Under the pieces are notes generated by a model that was given only the letters and a program-made list of their open reading frames with translations, did not search any database and was not told the origin of the DNA. Positions 56,158-61,387 of a stretch of DNA of 61,387 bases are shown here, in pieces. The position numbers and the translations under genes are program-made. Each line of letters starts with the position of its first letter. Within the stretch, counting starts at the first letter, position 1. Location of the stretch: positions 1-61,387 of IMG/VR virus record IMGVR_UViG_3300027320_000012; one strand, 5' to 3'. Origin of the DNA: a virus (taxonomy: Duplodnaviria; Caudoviricetes).

Positions 56158-56230
56158 AAATAGACGCTTTTTATCAGGAGACCTCCATGTCCCCCCACCT
56201 GCTCGAAGACAGGCGGTGCGTAACCGATAT

Positions 56231-56307
56231 TGGAGCGGGTAGAGGGATTCGAACCCTTCACCTGTTGGTTGGAAACCAAATATGCTGCCGTTAAACACCA
56301 TACCCGC
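56231..56307 (-). tRNA. tRNA-Gly(TCC)
   Basis: GCGGGTA acceptor, U73, loop TTTCCAA. Confidence 0.88.
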
Positions 56308-56408
56308 TTACTCTATGTTCATCCACTGCTGGACCATGCTCGGCGTAATCGCTTTGTCATGGTACTTGTTCAACAACTTCTGAACGCGTAACGGGATTTG
56401 AACCCGAT

Positions 56409-56485
56409 TGGTGCTCTCGACAGGACTCGAACCTGTAACCTCCTGCTTCGTAGGCAGGCGCTCTATCCAGTTGAGCTACGAAAGC
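56409..56485 (-). tRNA. tRNA-Arg(ACG)
   Basis: Cloverleaf, loop CTACGAA. Confidence 0.93.
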
Positions 56486-56486
56486 G

Positions 56487-56879
56487 TTATCTGTTGTATC
56501 CGACGATTCGGTCTGGCTTGTCAAGATCAATCAACTCTACGTCGATAACCTCTGTGTCGCCGTCCGTCGCGATCTTCATCATGTTTGCTGTTCCGGTTCC
56601 GCCAGAGAAGGCGACGACCAGATCAGGACGTGAGAAGTCATACATCATCTTGTTGCGCTTGGTACCAGCCACCTTGTCGCCGTAGAAGCCCCAGAGAGCC
56701 TCACAGGCGACCGGTTGTACGCCGCGCTGCTTCGCCCAACGGTGGGACATTTGATCGGCTCCACGGGCGTCTCCGTGGACGAGGTAGGTGAAGTTGCGTT
56801 CTTGGTGCAGGCGATCAAGTACCGCCCACATTTCCTTTTCGCGGCGGTAATCGCGCCCGCCAGTGATTAGTACAATCAT
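56487..56879 (-). CDS. SLOG-family (DUF2493/YspA-like) protein
   Basis: LITGGRDY, VHGDARGAD, AGTKRNKMM, AFSGGTGT. Confidence 0.85.
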   Translation of the reverse strand: MIVLITGGRDYRREKEMWAVLDRLHQERNFTYLVHGDARGADQMSHRWAKQRGVQPVACEALWGFYGDKVAGTKRNKMMYDFSRPDLVVAFSGGTGTANMMKIATDGDTEVIDVELIDLDKPDRIVGYNR

Positions 56880-56895
56880 GGCGGTCTCCTAAATT

Positions 56896-56969
56896 TGGCG
56901 CGGGTGACGGGGATCGAACCCGCCTCAAGGCGTAGACAGCGCCTTCTCGTCCCAGACGAGTACACCCGC
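56896..56969 (-). tRNA. tRNA-Asp(GTC)
   Basis: AGGCG-CTGTCTA-CGCCT, G73. Confidence 0.88.
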
Positions 56970-56971
56970 AT

Positions 56972-57289
56972 TTATGCGTCTTCGGGGATGTCCCCTAGAT
57001 CGCCGACACCGAAGTGTCGATAAAAATTCTTCAAGTCTTCTGCTGGATGGCACCATATGTACCAATTCAGCTTAGGTTGTTTCTCGCCCATGATGTCGGC
57101 AAGCATGGTTTCCGCATTCAAGCGGATGATCGGATCGTCTCGCAGGCGCATCACCTCGATGGCGCATGCTGTCTGCGTCTGAAACTCGACTTCGTTGTTC
57201 TCGATCCACACACATTCGTATGGAGGTATTGGAGCATTCGGTCCCGCCGATGTCAAGGCGCAAAATGCTAGAACTGCTACAAGTCCCAT
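56972..57289 (-). CDS. exported hypothetical protein
   Basis: Hydrophobic N-terminus, four Cys, AAGGAA RBS. Confidence 0.65.
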   Translation of the reverse strand: MGLVAVLAFCALTSAGPNAPIPPYECVWIENNEVEFQTQTACAIEVMRLRDDPIIRLNAETMLADIMGEKQPKLNWYIWCHPAEDLKNFYRHFGVGDLGDIPEDA

Positions 57290-57308
57290 CAGACTTCCTT
57301 TTGTTTTT

Positions 57309-57386
57309 TGGTGTGCCGGGTGGGGTTCGAACCCACGTATGACAGGGATTAAGAGCCCCCCGCTAAACCAACTCAGCTACCGGCGC
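57309..57386 (-). tRNA. tRNA-Lys(CTT)
   Basis: Cloverleaf, loop CTCTTAA. Confidence 0.88.
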
Positions 57387-57512
57387 ATAAAGTAAGGACG
57401 AGGTTCGGCGCTGCTTCCCCTCGTCCCCTGTTCGACCATCAACACGCGTCACGTGTCGCGCTAGGTCTCACCTTTGGACGCCGGGTGGCGAATCTCGTCA
57501 GTTCGTTTCATA

Positions 57513-57845
57513 TCAGGCATCCTCTACAGGTACAAGCCAAAATCCGTTTTTTGTTACGGAAGGGCCTAGAATTTCCCAACCAAGCTTTTTGAGCTTTTTG
57601 CGGTTGGTCGTAAGTAGAACCCGAATACTGCCTATAGGGCTGGCAGGCATCGGAGCCTTGTGGTTCAAGTAGGCTGCACGGACCATTTCGTCCATGCTGA
57701 GCCCTCGTCGTTGTCTGCGCGATTCAATCAGCGCCGCGAGCATGCCGACAAACTTTCCATTCCAGTGTCCAAGCAGCCATTCAGGGCTCGTTCGGAATGT
57801 AGTAGGTTGGCCGCATGTTGGGCAATATGGGTGCTCTTTTTCCAT
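57513..57845 (-). CDS. winged-helix (OmpR C-terminal-like) DNA-binding protein
   Basis: CPTCGQ then LSMDEMVRAAY...SIRVLLTTNRKKLKKLG...GFWL. Confidence 0.6.
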   Translation of the reverse strand: MEKEHPYCPTCGQPTTFRTSPEWLLGHWNGKFVGMLAALIESRRQRRGLSMDEMVRAAYLNHKAPMPASPIGSIRVLLTTNRKKLKKLGWEILGPSVTKNGFWLVPVEDA

Positions 57846-58015
57846 GCGTCTCTCTAAATTAAGGCGAGGGTTTTTACGGGCAGACCCTCGCAAACTGCCA
57901 CCGAAACGAAGAGTGGAGACCGGGTCAAACGGAGGCAAACCCCGATCTTTTCTTCTAACACCTCATACTTAGGCTTTTCTGAGGCGGGTGTCAAGCACTT
58001 TCGCGCTTTTAGGTT

Positions 58016-58099
58016 TGGCTCTGACGGTAGGGATCGAACCTACGCTATTGCTAGACTACCGGTTAACAGCCGGGTGCATTACCACTCTGCCACGTCAGA
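58016..58099 (-). tRNA. tRNA-Asn(GTT) with long variable arm
   Basis: TCTGACG/CGTCAGA, loop CTGTTAA, G73. Confidence 0.87.
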
Positions 58100-58106
58100 A
58101 CATTCT

Positions 58107-58180
58107 TGGTGGAGCACTCGGGAATCGAACCCGATGTCAGCCATCTTGCAAGGATAGCCCGCAACCCCATTGCGTGCCCC
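58107..58180 (-). tRNA. tRNA-Ala(TGC), atypical D-arm
   Basis: G3:U70, loop CTTGCAA. Confidence 0.78.
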
Positions 58181-58192
58181 ATATAGGGATAT

Positions 58193-58268
58193 TGGTGGAC
58201 CGTGTCGGGCTCGAACCGACGACCTGATGCTTGCAAAGCAACTGCTCTCCCAACTGAGCTAACAGCCC
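58193..58268 (-). tRNA. tRNA-Ala(TGC)
   Basis: G3:U70, canonical cloverleaf. Confidence 0.92.
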
Positions 58269-58275
58269 GTAAACT

Positions 58276-58350
58276 TGGTGCGTGCTAGTGGGATTGAACC
58301 ACTGACCTTCTCCATGTCAAGGAGGTGCTCTACCGCTGAGCTAAGCGCGC
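58276..58350 (-). tRNA. tRNA-Val(GAC)
   Basis: Loop TTGACAT. Confidence 0.9.
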
Positions 58351-58354
58351 ATAT

Positions 58355-58430
58355 TGGTACCCGGTACTGGAATCGAACCAGTTCTGTCAGGACGTGTAAA
58401 GACCCCGCTCTACCAGTGAGCTAACCGGGC
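58355..58430 (-). tRNA. tRNA-Val(TAC)
   Basis: Loop TTTACAC. Confidence 0.88.
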
Positions 58431-58805
58431 TCATTCGTCAGTGATCATACGCGCCAAGCGAAACTTGGTGCGTCCGATCCATCGATGAGCGTCTTTCATC
58501 AATCTCGTGTTTTCCATCATAGGTGATGTTTCATCGTCTTTCAAGTATCTACGTCCTCTTATGTCGTAAAACTTTCCATCGATGAGCGTGTACACGTGCC
58601 CGTCTACCTCGTCGTAGTAGGGCTCAGCCTGTGGGAAGGCTGCTTTAAGTATCTTGTAAAACTCGAAACAACCGCCCCGCATGTACAGGGCAACCGAATC
58701 TTGGAAGCTGTCCCGGATCGCCGTGATCAGATCACTGACGGGATCACGCCGCGTGCCCAGAAATCCACATGTCTCTCGGTCTTTTCTTTCGTGAACTTGT
58801 ACCAC
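58431..58805 (-). CDS. hypothetical phage protein (start uncertain)
   Basis: YMRGGCFEFYKILK...HVYTLIDGKFYDIRG. Confidence 0.65.
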   Translation of the reverse strand: MVQVHERKDRETCGFLGTRRDPVSDLITAIRDSFQDSVALYMRGGCFEFYKILKAAFPQAEPYYDEVDGHVYTLIDGKFYDIRGRRYLKDDETSPMMENTRLMKDAHRWIGRTKFRLARMITDE

Positions 58806-59305
58806 GCGCAGTTATCCTTGCCTGATGTCCCGTTCTGCTCCCACGACACGCGACCAACGGACACGATATCTGTGCAGTATCTTTCCAGATATGGTCTGGC
58901 TTGTAGGGTGTGAGCCCAATCTGCGTCGAAGAGAAGCCATGTGGGGCGGAGATTGGCGAAGTGCTCGATCATCTTGTGCAAGATGTAATCCGACTTCTTG
59001 TCTCGGCTCCACGGCGGGTTCGTTATGATGTAGTCCACATCGACCATGTCGTACTCGGTCAGGTCGAACGCGTCCTTCAATCCTACTGGATATTGAAGCG
59101 GATCATCTTCTGGAAAGGCCACGTCAGTGGCCCCGGCGACTGTGCCGCCTATGTGCTTTAGATGTAGCACAAGGCGTCCGTCGCCCGCGCAAGGTTCCCA
59201 GAAATTGTAAATCTCTGGAAGATGTGGCGCGAGCGGTGTTACCGCCTCCAAGGGGGTCGGGTAATAGTCGCGTGCGCGCTTCTCAAATGATGATCTTTTT
59301 CCCAT
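58727..59305 (-). CDS. DNA amino-methyltransferase (likely N6-adenine)
   Basis: DYYPTP, WEPCAGDG, ITNPPW. Confidence 0.85.
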   Translation of the reverse strand: MGKRSSFEKRARDYYPTPLEAVTPLAPHLPEIYNFWEPCAGDGRLVLHLKHIGGTVAGATDVAFPEDDPLQYPVGLKDAFDLTEYDMVDVDYIITNPPWSRDKKSDYILHKMIEHFANLRPTWLLFDADWAHTLQARPYLERYCTDIVSVGRVSWEQNGTSGKDNCAWYKFTKEKTERHVDFWARGVIPSVI

Positions 59306-59336
59306 ATACGCCAGTTAGCATTTATGGGAAGCAGTG

Positions 59337-59537
59337 TCAACCGTTAAGAACGATGTAGGCGTCAACGATCTTGCCTTCTTCGTCGGTGACGACGTGCTTA
59401 CGGGCCGTCCAGATTGTGATAGGCGCGCCGTCGTACGTGTTCACTTTGATCGGAAGCTCGTCAGCGCCCATATTCGAGAGCTTGTCTTTAAGCATCTTTC
59501 CTGTGAACATTTCCATTTCTTCGCTGTCCATTGACAT
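59337..59537 (-). CDS. small hypothetical protein
   Basis: AAGGAG RBS, ATG 59537. Confidence 0.65.
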   Translation of the reverse strand: MSMDSEEMEMFTGKMLKDKLSNMGADELPIKVNTYDGAPITIWTARKHVVTDEEGKIVDAYIVLNG

Positions 59538-59551
59538 AGTGGTCTCCTTGG

Positions 59552-60511
59552 TTAAGTTCTTGCTCGCACGCCTGATTGAAGGCTTGGAAATTCGCTCGAT
59601 ACCCACCCAACAGTCGTGTCTGGGCTCGTTGGGTGTTCGGTTATGTAGTTTCGCTGGTCCAGCGCCACCGCGACGTCCGCGCTGTTCACGACCGTGTTGC
59701 TCTCCCACTCAAAAAAGTGATTGAAACTGGCAAGGCCGGTTGCTCCGCGCATAAGCGAACTCTGTTGGACCACCTTTTCCACGATAACCCCTGTCGGGAC
59801 ATCCTTGGTTCGCGCTATACCGAACGCGGCTTGCGCATCCAGTGTATCGGAGTATATCCCTGTGTTTTTTCGGTTATCGATCACTCCCGTTACAGGGCCT
59901 TCCCAATCACGCTTCTTTCCGTGAGAAATGGGGCTGTGTTGGCGTAGACGCCAACCTCGCGTGTCCTCATCTGCAATGACCATTTCGGACATATAGCAAG
60001 TGCCTGGGTCTAGATCGACGTTTACTGTGTTGAACGAAACCGGAACACCTCTGTCAACAGCGTTGGTGACTGTGACCGTAGCTCTTTGCATTCCGTCATA
60101 GTAGACGGTCAGGGTCAAATCTGTCGTGCCATTCTTGACAAACTCTAGGTCGATGGTATGCGGTAGGCTGTAACCAGCAACAGTAGACGCCAACCCCGAC
60201 GAATCTCCGTGTACATACCAATTATTCAACTGGTCTGTTATGTCCAAGGACATTACAAGATTGTTATCAGCGTCATAGAATCTAAAGATTCCGAAGTCAT
60301 CCCAACTGGTGGCATTTCGGCTTTGTAGAAAACGAAAGTGAACCCAAACCGTGCTTCCAACCGGCTCGGGCCATGATGCCGCGAGGCTTTCGTTTTTGTC
60401 CCAAAAGTATCCATTATCCAGACGTGTGATGTCCGTGATGCCGCCAAAATCCAAAAATAAACCATCGTTGTCAAAGTCGTTTACAGAATTTATGAACTTC
60501 AAAATTGCCAT
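59552..60511 (-). CDS. virion protein, paralog of 25378-26400
   Basis: VWVHF, SEMVIADEDTRG, PTSPDTTVGW...LQSGV. Confidence 0.65.
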   Translation of the reverse strand: MAILKFINSVNDFDNDGLFLDFGGITDITRLDNGYFWDKNESLAASWPEPVGSTVWVHFRFLQSRNATSWDDFGIFRFYDADNNLVMSLDITDQLNNWYVHGDSSGLASTVAGYSLPHTIDLEFVKNGTTDLTLTVYYDGMQRATVTVTNAVDRGVPVSFNTVNVDLDPGTCYMSEMVIADEDTRGWRLRQHSPISHGKKRDWEGPVTGVIDNRKNTGIYSDTLDAQAAFGIARTKDVPTGVIVEKVVQQSSLMRGATGLASFNHFFEWESNTVVNSADVAVALDQRNYITEHPTSPDTTVGWVSSEFPSLQSGVRART

Positions 60512-61387
60512 TTAGGTTCTGCCTCTCACGCCTACTTGAAGCAACTGCATTTCCGTATCGGTCCACGCCACACCTGTGTCAGGGCTCGTTGGATATTCGG
60601 ATATGAACTCTTGGAGGGTTGTCCCTACCGCTACGTTGGCGTCGTGTATGACTGTTGGTCCTGTGTCGTATCTAAAGAAGTGGTTGAAATTAGCCAACCC
60701 CGCCGATCCTCTTATGAGGGTGCTTTGGACACACACACGGTCGATGGTCGCCAAGGTCGGTATATCCGCCAGATTAGACAGATCGTACGATACGCGGTCG
60801 TCGTTGGTGTTCGTGGTTATTCCTGTAGATTTTCTTACATCACCGGCTGGTACGTCCGCAGACCCGTCCCACTCGTCGAATGTGCTGTAGGCCGTTGTGC
60901 GGTGTTGGCGTAGACGCCATCCGCGCGTATCTTCGTCCGCAACCACGCCTTCGGACCACACAATCGTGCCCTGAGAGGAGATGTCTGTAAATGTCATGTG
61001 GAAACAAACCGGCACACCGTTGTCACGCGCATTCGCCACCGAAAGAGAGGTTACACGCTGCACACCATTTACCCAAACGTTCATCGTCAGGCTGGTGGTT
61101 CCATTTTTTATGAATTGGACGTCGTATGTTAGGGAAGAACCGGCTGTTGCTGCGTAGGACGCTACCGCCGTTGTATCGCCGTTAATGTTCCACCGTACGA
61201 CGCCATCGGTGATGTCCATACGCATGACTTGGTTTCCGTCAGCATCCAAAAATAGCGGTACTCCGAAGTCGTCCCAAACGCCGGACGTAGTCGTCTGACC
61301 GTGACGCCAGTGGAGCCACACCTCACTGCCCACCGGGGCAGGCCAAGAAGCTGATAGACCTCTGCCGGTACTGTAGGAAAATCCGTA
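60512..61387 (-). CDS. virion protein, tandem paralog of 59552-60511 (5' partial)
   Basis: Frame open to window end (SASWPAPVGSEVW); shares ADEDTRGWRLRQH, FNHFF, PTSPDT. Confidence 0.7.
   Translation of the reverse strand, partial: YGFSYSTGRGLSASWPAPVGSEVWLHWRHGQTTTSGVWDDFGVPLFLDADGNQVMRMDITDGVVRWNINGDTTAVASYAATAGSSLTYDVQFIKNGTTSLTMNVWVNGVQRVTSLSVANARDNGVPVCFHMTFTDISSQGTIVWSEGVVADEDTRGWRLRQHRTTAYSTFDEWDGSADVPAGDVRKSTGITTNTNDDRVSYDLSNLADIPTLATIDRVCVQSTLIRGSAGLANFNHFFRYDTGPTVIHDANVAVGTTLQEFISEYPTSPDTGVAWTDTEMQLLQVGVRGRT

Noticed and set aside
56158-56230. HDV-like (theta) ribozyme in the tRNA trailer
   Set aside because: No P1 partner for the 5' segment and no nested double pseudoknot could be built by eye
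57494-57510. Hammerhead ribozyme (CTGACGA and GAAA on - strand)
   Set aside because: Core elements are not joined by the required stems
59552-61387. Diversity-generating retroelement behind the paralogs
   Set aside because: No reverse transcriptase in the window and no near-identical TR/VR pair differing only at adenines

Overview
A 61 kb segment of a large siphophage genome, most likely infecting Alphaproteobacteria (inferred from GTA-like tail-tip genes and DUF1127/DUF1289/MmcB-like genes; resembles CbK-like/roseobacter siphophages). From 1 to 12.6 kb the + strand carries DNA replication and nucleotide genes: a repeat-bearing GIY-YIG-like nuclease, DEDDh and Cas4-like exonucleases, a RecD-like helicase, a dNMP kinase/dCMP deaminase fusion, ThyX, a class II RNR with an intein, glutaredoxin and dUTPase. 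From 12.7 to 51.5 kb the - strand carries lysis genes, the tail tip, tape measure, a frameshifted chaperone, tail tube, neck genes, PhoH, a block of unknown virion proteins, capsid, scaffold and portal. From 51.6 to 58.4 kb lie 27 tRNA-like genes (one chimeric) interleaved with small genes, followed by a DNA methylase and two paralogs of a tail-region protein. The most notable observations are a Pro1 class-3-type intein, CCA-ended microhelices behind two tRNA-Thr genes, non-canonical tRNAs, a repeated C-GG(C/U)-G hairpin in structural-gene leaders, several pseudoknotted leaders/ncRNA candidates, a dispersed CCGCTGACGCGG palindrome, and a SPOUT-like gene among virion genes. All calls are by eye; no searches were run.
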